NCBI GenBank assembly: GCA_000830275.1
Contig: CP010424.1
Span: 780,001-812,000 of the forward strand
Origin: an archaeon GW2011_AR10
GTDB lineage: Archaea > Iainarchaeota > Iainarchaeia > Iainarchaeales > GW2011-AR10
Reading direction: 5' to 3'
Length of the DNA stretch: 32,000 bases
Shown here: piece by piece, positions 1 through 6,898 of the stretch
Layout: every line of letters begins with the position of its first letter
Position numbering within the stretch: the stretch's first letter is position 1
Program-made: the position numbers and the translations under genes
Notes under the pieces: generated by a model
What the model saw: the letters and a program-made list of their open reading frames with translations, nothing else
Database searches by the model: none
Told to the model about the DNA's origin: nothing

Positions 1-288
1 GGCTTCACCTTGAAAGAGGTTCATGAACAAATTGGAAACGAGTTTGTTAATGAAAGATTCATTGCAAGAAGTATTTGGGGAGGGAGGAAAACCGGGGCAA
101 GAGTTGCGTCAAAATTCCGAAAATTTGATGAATTCATAAAAGAAAGAATAAAAGGGTTAGGAAAAACAGGGTTTGTTTGGGAAAAGGTTGCCTCAATAGA
201 AGAAACAGAATTCAATGATTATCTGTATGACTTTAACGTTGCGAATGAAAACCACAATTTTATCGCAAACGGTTTCCTTTCAAGCAAC
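1..288 (+). mobile_element. Intein, C-terminal portion only, inserted in rtcB directly before the conserved Cys
   Basis: ...EFNDYLYDFNVANENHNFIANGFLSSN resembles intein blocks F/G (YD.xV...HNFxANG....N). The terminal Asn codon is 286-288 and the +1 Cys codon is 289-291. The rest of the intein lies upstream of the window. Confidence 0.75.
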
Positions 289-1449
289 TGCGGCATGCGG
301 CTGGTTTTGACTGATTTAACAGCAAAAGAAGTTCAGCCGAAAATAAAGGAGCTTGTTAATACTTTGTTTGAAAAAGTTCCTGTCGGGGTTGGAAGAAAGG
401 GTTCAGTGAAACTTGACAGGAAAAATTTTGATGAGCTGATGGTGGAAGGAGTCAACTGGTGCATTGAGAACGGCTATGGATGGGAGGAAGACGCAAAAAA
501 AATCGAGGAGCATGGAGCAATAAAGGGAGCAAATCCAGGGAAGGTGAGTGAGAAGGCAAGGCAGCGCGGCATAAGCCAGCTTGGAACTTTAGGAAGCGGT
601 AACCACTACTTGGAGGTGCAGCTTGCTCACGCTGAAAACATTTTTGATGCAAAGGCAGCAAAAGCTCTCGGCATTCATTCGCCAGAGCAGGTTGTGGTGA
701 TGGTGCATTGCGGGAGCAGGGGCTTTGGGCACCAAATTGCAACCGATTATCTTGTAGTATTTGAGAAGGCAATGCAGAAATATGGCATTAACGTGAAAGA
801 CAGGCAGCTTGCCTGTGCGCCATTCAACAGCAAGGAAGGAAAAGACTATTATTCTGCAATGGTCTGTGCTGCGAACAGCGCTTTCTGCAACAGGCAGGTT
901 ATAGTGCACCAAATAAGGGAAAGCTTTAAGGAAGTGTTCAGGCAAGATCCTGAGAAAATGGGGATGCATATTGTTTATGATGTGGCACACAACATTGCAA
1001 AAGTGGAAGAGCATGTAGTTGAGGGAAAAAAGAAAAAGCTTGTTGTTCACAGGAAAGGTGCAACAAGGAGCTTTGCCCCGGGTCACGAGGAACTGTGGGG
1101 GGTTTACAAGGAAATAGGGCAGCCTGTAATTGTAGGCGGCAGCATGGAAACAGGTTCTTACGTATGCGTTGGAACACAAAAAGCGATGGATGAAACTTTT
1201 GGGAGCACAATGCATGGAAGTGGAAGAACAATGAGCAGGGCAAAAGCGAAAAAAATTGTGCGAGGGGATACCCTGCAGAAGGACATGGAGAAACGCGGCA
1301 TCTATGTAAAGGCTGCTTCATACTCAGGATTAGCAGAAGAGGCAGGACTTGCTTACAAAAATATTTCAGAGGTTGTTGACTCAATGGATAAACTAGGGGT
1401 AAGTAGAAAAGTTGCTGCATTAAGCCCCATAGGGAACATAAAAGGCTGA
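1..1449 (+). CDS. rtcB: RNA-splicing ligase RtcB, 5'-truncated at the window edge. Bases 1-288 are the C-terminal end of an intein; 289-1449 are the C-extein.
   Basis: Frame 1 is open from base 1 (GFTLKEV...). After ...NGFLSSN comes CGMRLVLTDL, then GTLGSGNHYLEVQ, HCGSRGFGHQIA, VAHNIAKVE, HRKGATR and MHGSGR, which are typical RtcB motifs. Stop TGA at 1447-1449. Confidence 0.9.
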   Translation, partial: GFTLKEVHEQIGNEFVNERFIARSIWGGRKTGARVASKFRKFDEFIKERIKGLGKTGFVWEKVASIEETEFNDYLYDFNVANENHNFIANGFLSSNCGMRLVLTDLTAKEVQPKIKELVNTLFEKVPVGVGRKGSVKLDRKNFDELMVEGVNWCIENGYGWEEDAKKIEEHGAIKGANPGKVSEKARQRGISQLGTLGSGNHYLEVQLAHAENIFDAKAAKALGIHSPEQVVVMVHCGSRGFGHQIATDYLVVFEKAMQKYGINVKDRQLACAPFNSKEGKDYYSAMVCAANSAFCNRQVIVHQIRESFKEVFRQDPEKMGMHIVYDVAHNIAKVEEHVVEGKKKKLVVHRKGATRSFAPGHEELWGVYKEIGQPVIVGGSMETGSYVCVGTQKAMDETFGSTMHGSGRTMSRAKAKKIVRGDTLQKDMEKRGIYVKAASYSGLAEEAGLAYKNISEVVDSMDKLGVSRKVAALSPIGNIKG

Positions 1450-1459
1450 TGCCGTAGGC

Positions 1460-1481
1460 TTTTTTTCGCCAGCCTTTTTTT
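1460..1481 (+). terminator. Two T7 runs after the rtcB stop; archaeal oligo-T terminator candidate
   Basis: ggcTTTTTTTcgccagccTTTTTTTaaaaggct immediately downstream of the stop. The second run sits in the palindrome AGCCTTTT/AAAAGGCT. Confidence 0.4.
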
Positions 1482-1577
1482 AAAAGGCTGATGGGTAAGG
1501 CTTCAAATCGCCTTATTGAGGCCTTAAAATGGCAGAAAAAAGCCGTAATTCACTAATTACGGTGAAGAGGGGAAACA

Positions 1578-1586
1578 TTTATATAT
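1578..1586 (+). promoter_or_regulatory. TATA box candidate (TTTATATAT) for the surface-protein gene
   Basis: aaacaTTTATATATttc is centred about 25 nt upstream of ATG 1606, which fits a leaderless or near-leaderless transcript. Confidence 0.5.
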
Positions 1587-1605
1587 TTCTTTAGCAGCAA
1601 TCTAT

Positions 1606-3768
1606 ATGCCACTGCACAGTGGTGTCGGGACGAAAATGAGTTTAAAGCAAATTTTTTTGCTGTTGATTTCAACTTTAGCTTTGGCCAGCTTTGCGAATGC
1701 ATTTTATGTTGGTTACACTGACAGCGACTTTTATTTCGAAATTTATTCTGGCGAAAATTACGGGTTCGTTGATGTTCCTTACTCTTATTATTACGAGGAC
1801 TGGTATTACTTTGACTACCCTTACAGAGTGAACTATTTCGGAAACTATTACTATTATGAGCCTGGATGGTACCAGTATTCTCCAAGTTATTGGAATTATG
1901 ACCCTTACGCGTACTCTTACTATGCAACTGACTATTATTTTTACGGCGGGGCTTGGACCTATTATCCGGGATGGACAACCGTTTATGCCCCAACATATTA
2001 TGGCCACTACTACTATCCGCCTGTTTACTTTTACAACACCTTTACTGTTGGAGCGCCCTATGATTATCCGCAAGAGGCTTCCTGCAGCGAGCTTAGCATT
2101 AATGCAAACAATGTTTCAATTGAAGCAGGAAAAACAAAAACAGTTGAGGTAAGCGTTTTCAATGACAGCAGGAAAAACTTTAAGGTGAACTCAGTCAACG
2201 TTCACATCGATGGATTCGAGGTTACTGCCAAAAACATTGAATTCAGTGAAACCATTTACAGCAAGTTTTCAGGGAAGGTTCAGTTTGAATTGGCTGCAGA
2301 GGAAGGCTCGCCAAGCAAGGAACTTGAAGCAGAGGTAAGGATTAACGGCGAGTTTGCTGACAGCACCAACTGTTCAGGCAAGGATGCAAGCGACACTTTT
2401 ACAATTAATATTAAGGGAAATGAAGCGACCCCTGCAACCGGAAGCATTAATTCAGGAAATAGCGCAGCATCACAGTTTGAAACAAATTATAGCACTTCTT
2501 TCATCGTCCCAAGGGAAAACAGCTGGAGGGAAGTCGCATCAACGGAAACTATTCCGAACACAAATGATTTCCCCACCAGGAATTCTCTCCAGCTGGGCTC
2601 CCTTACTTTCGAACCTTTGAAAGGAAACTGCAACGGCATAGGCCTTGTTGTTGAGCCTTTGAGTGTCAAAGCAAAGGAAGCAAGGCAGAGGGACTTTTAC
2701 CTGAAGAACTTTTCCAACGCTGACTTCATCATTGACTCGGTTACTGCAACTGAAGCAGAGTCCTTTTTCAGCATTTCAGCTGAAAGGATTGATTCAATGG
2801 TTTACAGTGACAACATGGCAAGGGTAAGAGTGCACTTGCTTGGAGGAAACACTGCTGAAGACGAGGTGGGAAAGGCAAGGTTAACTGTTAAAGGCCACTT
2901 CGATTCAGGCATAAGCTGCACTGAAAGCAAGGAGTTCGAGGTTTACGTTGATGCATCATTTGTTGCGGCAGGGCCTGAAAAGTTTGAGTTAACTGTTCCG
3001 GAAAAAGCAGAACTGAATGGTTCTGGCTTTGTGAGAATAAAAGCTGATAACCCGAGCAATGAAACAGCAGTAATCAGAATGGATGCGGGCAATGCGATTG
3101 TTTCCCCTTCATCAATAACTGTTGGGCCGAGAAGCCTTGTTGAAAGGGTTATTGCAGTCAACGGATTTGATTCTGACGAAGAGCTGCTTGTTTACTCAAT
3201 TGAAATTCCAGGAGCGCTGCATAGCCAGAAATACACCAAACTTGTGAAGATTTCAGAAGAAGCTGGAAGCGAAGGCGGAATTAAACTGCTGTCCTATACT
3301 TCAATGGTTGAAATAAAGAACGGAAAAGGCGTTCTCTCGGTTGTGGTTGAAAACAATTCAGGAAAAGCGGAAGAGGTTAAGGTGCGTTTGACTGATTTGC
3401 CTCAGGGGTTCACTGCTGATTCCTCAACAGTAGAGCTTAGTCCTAGGGAAAGGAGAACTGTTGCATTGCAACTGGAGTCAGAAAACGAAAAGGGGAACTT
3501 CAATGCAGTGCTGCTTGTTGAGTCTGAAAGCAGGGTTTTCAGGAGAAACATTGAGTTGGTTGTAGTTGAGGCAGAAGAGCAGCAAGAAGGGCAAGGAGTA
3601 GTTGAAGGGTTAGTGGGAACTGCGTTCGCAGTTTTGGAGGACAACGCGCTTGGAATTGCGCTTGGATTTGTTATACTGGTTATACTTATTCTCCTTTACA
3701 AGATTGTCAGCATTGACAAGAGAATTATCAAAAAAGAGCATACCTGGATTTCTTACAGGAACCAATAA
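1606..3768 (+). CDS. Secreted, C-terminally membrane-anchored surface protein with an N-terminal Tyr-rich domain and about four beta-sandwich-like repeats; no family recognised
   Basis: 720-aa ORF with an alternative ATG at 1636. Signal-peptide-like MSLKQIFLLLISTLALASFANA. Tyr-rich block at residues ~33-157. Segments with alternating beta-strand-like pattern and N-x-S/T sequons. C-terminal hydrophobic helix ALGIALGFVILVILILLYKIV followed by KRIIKKE. Confidence 0.8.
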   Translation: MPLHSGVGTKMSLKQIFLLLISTLALASFANAFYVGYTDSDFYFEIYSGENYGFVDVPYSYYYEDWYYFDYPYRVNYFGNYYYYEPGWYQYSPSYWNYDPYAYSYYATDYYFYGGAWTYYPGWTTVYAPTYYGHYYYPPVYFYNTFTVGAPYDYPQEASCSELSINANNVSIEAGKTKTVEVSVFNDSRKNFKVNSVNVHIDGFEVTAKNIEFSETIYSKFSGKVQFELAAEEGSPSKELEAEVRINGEFADSTNCSGKDASDTFTINIKGNEATPATGSINSGNSAASQFETNYSTSFIVPRENSWREVASTETIPNTNDFPTRNSLQLGSLTFEPLKGNCNGIGLVVEPLSVKAKEARQRDFYLKNFSNADFIIDSVTATEAESFFSISAERIDSMVYSDNMARVRVHLLGGNTAEDEVGKARLTVKGHFDSGISCTESKEFEVYVDASFVAAGPEKFELTVPEKAELNGSGFVRIKADNPSNETAVIRMDAGNAIVSPSSITVGPRSLVERVIAVNGFDSDEELLVYSIEIPGALHSQKYTKLVKISEEAGSEGGIKLLSYTSMVEIKNGKGVLSVVVENNSGKAEEVKVRLTDLPQGFTADSSTVELSPRERRTVALQLESENEKGNFNAVLLVESESRVFRRNIELVVVEAEEQQEGQGVVEGLVGTAFAVLEDNALGIALGFVILVILILLYKIVSIDKRIIKKEHTWISYRNQ

Positions 3769-3815
3769 AACAACACTTTTCTACATAACAAAGTTTCAGC
3801 GAGGTGAAAACAACC

Positions 3816-3944
3816 ATGGCAAAGAAAAATACAACCAGAAAGGCCGTAGCCAATGTAAAAGCCAAGAAGCTTGAATCCAAGCCTTCATTCGGCTTTAACA
3901 TAAAGGCTTTGACCAAGTTCTTGAAGCTGAAATTGAGATTATAG
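3816..3944 (+). CDS. Small basic hypothetical protein (42 aa), not in the supplied ORF track
   Basis: ATG 3816 is preceded by GAGGTGA (3801-3807). Hand translation: MAKKNTTRKAVANVKAKKLESKPSFGFNIKALTKFLKLKLRL. Stop TAG at 3942-3944 lies inside a hairpin plus T-rich tract. Confidence 0.4.
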   Translation: MAKKNTTRKAVANVKAKKLESKPSFGFNIKALTKFLKLKLRL

Positions 3945-3985
3945 AGGCCACAGCCTCTTTTTCTCTTCTTTTTCTTTTCTTTCTA
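3943..3985 (+). terminator. Hairpin plus pyrimidine/T-rich tract; terminator candidate for the surface-protein/small-ORF unit
   Basis: AGAGGC-caca-GCCTCT (3943-3958) followed by ttttctcttctttttcttttctttct. Confidence 0.5.
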
Positions 3986-4196
3986 TAGCAGGCGACATTA
4001 ATTTTTGAATCAGGCAATTCCACTCATTTTAATGAGTGGTTCATTGGAATTGCTACTGTCAAGAACCACTTGCTTGTTTTGGAATTTTCTAAACATGCTA
4101 CCCAAAACTTTGGCAAAAGAAACTATTGGATTTTATTCACTTGCCAAAGTTTTGACTTTAGTCGGTGGTTCTTAACACATTTATTGTCGCCTGATA
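3986..4196. repeat. Nested inverted repeats that fold as a ~210-nt three-way structure; candidate structured RNA, possibly minus strand
   Basis: P1: 3989-3997 caggcgaca / 4185-4193 tgtcgcctg. P2 hairpin: 4014-4021 gcaattcc / 4046-4053 ggaattgc, with 4020-4028 ccactcatt / 4031-4039 aatgagtgg. P3: 4058-4069 / 4165-4176, 11 of 12 paired. P4: 4103-4116 caaaactttggcaa / 4141-4154 ttgccaaagttttg, 14 bp perfect. Confidence 0.5.
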
Positions 4197-4198
4197 GA

Positions 4199-4242
4199 TA
4201 GCAAATGACCTTGTTTTGTTCAACTATTTTTGTCATTTGCCA
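4199..4242. repeat. Hairpin of the TAGCRAA family (copy R1)
   Basis: TAGCAAATGAC (4199-4209), 22-nt T-rich loop, GTCATTTGCcA (4232-4242). 9 bp perfect, plus an A-C mismatch, plus a closing T-A pair. Confidence 0.6.
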
Positions 4243-4300
4243 TATTTTTCGGCAGACTTTTTGGGCCCCATCAATACCTTTAAATACCTTTTTTTGGGGA

Positions 4301-4309
4301 ATATATAAA
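4301..4309. promoter_or_regulatory. TATA-like element of ambiguous orientation
   Basis: The + strand reads ATATATAAA. The - strand reads TTTATATAT, the same 9-mer as the + strand box at 1578-1586, so by analogy it may fire leftward. Confidence 0.35.
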
Positions 4310-4380
4310 GTATATTGGCTTTTTCCTCTGGTGAGCGGGAGAGGCCAGTGCACACTGTATCCATTGTAAATCCTCAATGG

Positions 4381-4388
4381 ATATAAAT
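4381..4388 (+). promoter_or_regulatory. TATA box candidate (ATATAAAT) for the uL3 operon
   Basis: About 90 nt upstream of ATG 4475, implying a leader of roughly 60 nt. Confidence 0.3.
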
Positions 4389-4474
4389 GCGTAAAACCCT
4401 GTTTTTTGGTTTTTGCATTTGGAGTGCGTTTCCAGCGCTGCTGCCGCATCAGTGTGCTCATTGGAGTAATTTAA

Positions 4475-5662
4475 ATGAGCAGAATACACAAGCCGCATTC
4501 AGGTAGCCTGGCTTTTTATCCGAGAAAGCGGGCAAAAAAAGAAACACCTAGCTTTAGGACTATTGGAGCGGCTGGAGAAAGCAGGGCGCTTAACTTTTTG
4601 GGTTACAAGGCAGGCATGGTTCATGCAATTGCAAAAAACGAGCACCAGAAATCAGTTACATTCGGCCAGGACATTGTGGTGCCTTGCACTGTTATTGAGT
4701 GCCCTCCACTAAAGGTTTTCGGGGTCAGGGCTTATGCGCGCACACCTTATGGGGCAAGAGTGTTAGGCGAGTCAACAATAGGAAAGCCTGACAGGTTTCT
4801 GAGGAAAAAAATCAAGGGCTTCAAGCAGAAGCACGGGAAACAGAAAGGAGAAAAAAAGGAAGCAGGGCAGATGGAAGGGAAAAAAACTGAAGTGCAGGAA
4901 ACAAGTGTTGCGGGTTTGGAGAGAGAAAAAGAAAAGGTAAATGCATTGAGGTTGCTGGTTGCAACGCAACCGAATCTTGCTGATTTCGGGAAAAAGAAAC
5001 CAGAGATTAGCGAGGTTTTTTTGGCCGGCTCGGTTGACGAACAGTTTGAGTTTGCAAAAGAAAAACTTGGAAAAGAACTGCGTGCAAGCGAAGTGTTTCA
5101 GGAAAAGCAGTTCGTGGATGTTAAAGCGGTTGATGCCGGCAAAGGTTTTTCCGGGGTTATCAAAAGGTTTGGCGTGAAAGTGCAGAGGCCGAAGGCAAAG
5201 AAAAGGCGAATAGTTGGAAGCATTTCTCCTTGGAGCCCTTCAACTGTTATGTGGACTGTACCGAGGCCTGGCCAGATGGGTTACCAGAGCAGAACCGAGT
5301 TGAACAAGAGGATAGTGAAGGTAAGCAGCAAACCTGCTGAAGTTAATGTTCCAGCAGGATTCAAAGGATATGGGAAAGTTAAGGGCGAGTTTCTGCTGCT
5401 TGCTGGTTCAGTTCCTGCACCTGTAAAAAGGGCTGTTGCGTTGAGGCATGCAGTGAGGAAAGCAACCCACGACAGGTTCAATGTTTCAGGCATGAGGGTT
5501 ATTGGAACGAAAACAGGTGGAAAAGAAATTGACGAGGAAGAATCAGTGAAACCGCAGAAAGTTGCTGAGGAAAAAAAGGAGAAAAAAGAGCACAAAAGCG
5601 TTGAAGACGAAATTCAGGCTGCATTAAAGGGAGACAAGGAGAAAAAACCAAAAGGAAAGTGA
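4475..5662 (+). CDS. rpl3: 50S ribosomal protein uL3, with a K/E-rich C-terminal tail
   Basis: MSRIHKPHSGSLAFYPRKRA..., FLGYKAGM and WTVPRPGQMGYQSRTE are typical of archaeal L3. First gene of the conserved cluster. Confidence 0.95.
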   Translation: MSRIHKPHSGSLAFYPRKRAKKETPSFRTIGAAGESRALNFLGYKAGMVHAIAKNEHQKSVTFGQDIVVPCTVIECPPLKVFGVRAYARTPYGARVLGESTIGKPDRFLRKKIKGFKQKHGKQKGEKKEAGQMEGKKTEVQETSVAGLEREKEKVNALRLLVATQPNLADFGKKKPEISEVFLAGSVDEQFEFAKEKLGKELRASEVFQEKQFVDVKAVDAGKGFSGVIKRFGVKVQRPKAKKRRIVGSISPWSPSTVMWTVPRPGQMGYQSRTELNKRIVKVSSKPAEVNVPAGFKGYGKVKGEFLLLAGSVPAPVKRAVALRHAVRKATHDRFNVSGMRVIGTKTGGKEIDEEESVKPQKVAEEKKEKKEHKSVEDEIQAALKGDKEKKPKGK

Positions 5663-5669
5663 TAGGGCT

Positions 5670-6479
5670 ATGAAGGCAGCAGTTTTAAGCGTTGAGGGAA
5701 ATAAATCAGGGGAAATTGAGTTGCCTGGTGTTTTCAGCGAGGAACTAAACAGGGTACTGATCAAGAGGGCCGTGCTTGCAAGCCAGAGCAGCAGGGTACA
5801 GCCAAAGGGCCCGAACAAGAGCGCGGGCAGGAACTACACTGCAACATACATTGGCTCAAGAAAGAAGCCACAGCAGTACAGGACAATTAATGTTGGGCAC
5901 GCTAGGCTGCCTAGGCTGAAGAACAGAAGGCACCTTCTTTCAGGGCAGGTTGCTTTGGTGCCGCAGGCAGTGAAGGGCCCAAGAGCCCATCCCCCAAAGC
6001 CTGAGAAAAACAATGAAGAGAAAATCAACAGGCAGGAAAAAAGGAAGGCCCTTAGGTCTGCAATTGCAGCTACATCCGTAAAGGAACTTGTGTCGGCAAG
6101 AGGCCACATTGTGCCAAAAAGGTTTGAGTTCCCGTTGGTTGTGGAGAAACGATTCGAAGGCATTGATAAAACAAAAAAAGTTGTTGAAGTTTTTGAAAAA
6201 ATCGGGTTAATTGAGGATGTCAAGAAATCAAAGAGTTCCAGGAAAATCAGGGCAGGAAAAGGGAAAAAACGCGGGAGAAAATACAAGAAGACTAAGAGCG
6301 TTCTCTTGGTTGTTGAGAACTCAAAAAAAATTTTCATGGCAGCAAGGAACATCGCAGGCGTTGATGTTGTTGAGGCAAGGAACCTTAACACTGAACTGCT
6401 TGCACCTGGCACTGTTCCTGGAAGGCTTACTTTGTGGAGTGAGAGTGCATTGAAAGTTTTGGGTGAAAAGAAATGGTAG
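5670..6479 (+). CDS. rpl4: 50S ribosomal protein uL4
   Basis: Position after L3; ...PKGPNKSAGRNYTA...ARLPRLKNRR...RAHPPKPEK; stop overlaps the next start. Confidence 0.93.
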   Translation: MKAAVLSVEGNKSGEIELPGVFSEELNRVLIKRAVLASQSSRVQPKGPNKSAGRNYTATYIGSRKKPQQYRTINVGHARLPRLKNRRHLLSGQVALVPQAVKGPRAHPPKPEKNNEEKINRQEKRKALRSAIAATSVKELVSARGHIVPKRFEFPLVVEKRFEGIDKTKKVVEVFEKIGLIEDVKKSKSSRKIRAGKGKKRGRKYKKTKSVLLVVENSKKIFMAARNIAGVDVVEARNLNTELLAPGTVPGRLTLWSESALKVLGEKKW

Positions 6480-6898
6480 GCAAAAAGCACGAGGCAAAAA
6501 AAGCCATTCAAGAAAAAAAGGCTGAAAAACCTTTGGCAAAGAAAAAAACTGGCAAAGAATCTGGCGCAGTTAAAGAAGAAAGAAAACCTGAAAAACAGGA
6601 AGTTAAGGCAGAGAAAAAGGTTGACAAGGAGCAGGCTTTAAGGGCTTACGAGGTTTTGCTGCACCCGCTGATAACGGAGAAAGCAATTAACCTTATTGAA
6701 TCAGAGAACAAGCTGGTGTTCATTGTGAAGGGAAATGCTTCAAGGCCGCAGGTGAAGAAGGCTGTCGAGGACTTGTACTCTGTCAAAGTTGACAATGTCA
6801 ACATTTTGCGCGACAGCAAGGCAAGGAAAAGGGCTTTTGTTAAAATCAATGAAAAGTTTAAGGCAGATGAAATTGCAACAAAGCTTGGTGTATTGTAA
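6473..6898 (+). CDS. rpl23: 50S ribosomal protein uL23, with a ~55-aa K-rich N-terminal extension
   Basis: Core LLHPLITEKAINLIESENKLVFIVKGNASRPQVKKAVEDLYSVKVDNVNIL. ATG 6473 overlaps the L4 stop. Confidence 0.92.
   Translation: MVGKKHEAKKAIQEKKAEKPLAKKKTGKESGAVKEERKPEKQEVKAEKKVDKEQALRAYEVLLHPLITEKAINLIESENKLVFIVKGNASRPQVKKAVEDLYSVKVDNVNILRDSKARKRAFVKINEKFKADEIATKLGVL

Noticed and set aside
1439-1500. Imperfect direct duplication of the rtcB 3' end, including its stop (AAAAGGCTGATGccGTAGGC at about 1439-1459 and AAAAGGCTGATGggGTAAGGC at about 1481-1500).
   Set aside because: It is short, at about 12 identical nt plus scattered matches, and lies in a terminator region of repeated GGC/T-run elements. 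It is probably a small slippage or duplication scar with no evident function.
1543-1562. Hairpin CCGTAATT-cact-AATTACGG, preceded by A6. On the - strand this reads as a hairpin followed by T6, like an intrinsic terminator.
   Set aside because: No minus-strand gene lies upstream of it, since the neighbouring gene is on the + strand. Archaeal termination does not need such hairpins. Noted only as unexplained minor structure.
1856-2152. 98-aa alternative-frame + ORF and a 132-aa minus-strand ORF (1675-2073) inside the Tyr-rich coding region.
   Set aside because: They are by-products of the biased TAT/TAC-rich sequence. The main frame gives one continuous 720-aa protein with signal peptide and anchor. 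The alternative frames have no start context.
4123-4461. 112-aa minus-strand ORF (and the overlapping 4280-4498 ORF) in the spacer before uL3.
   Set aside because: It runs straight through the perfect hairpins and the TATA-like palindrome. It has no SD-like sequence, and its composition (K/Q/W/C-rich) resembles nothing I recognise. It is more likely a chance ORF in AT-rich non-coding DNA. A real small protein cannot be excluded without expression data.
3986-4474. RNase P RNA, SRP (7S) RNA, C/D-box or H/ACA sRNAs in the two structured spacers, here and at 27409-27884.
   Set aside because: On either strand I found no CR-I/CR-IV/CR-V-like RNase P motifs (only a loose GAAGTCGGTGA resemblance at 27730-27740). 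There is no SRP helix-8 GGAA/AGCA arrangement and no properly spaced RUGAUGA...CUGA pairs. The stems lack the internal pocket plus ACA box of H/ACA RNAs. This was only an eye scan, and an Infernal search should be run.
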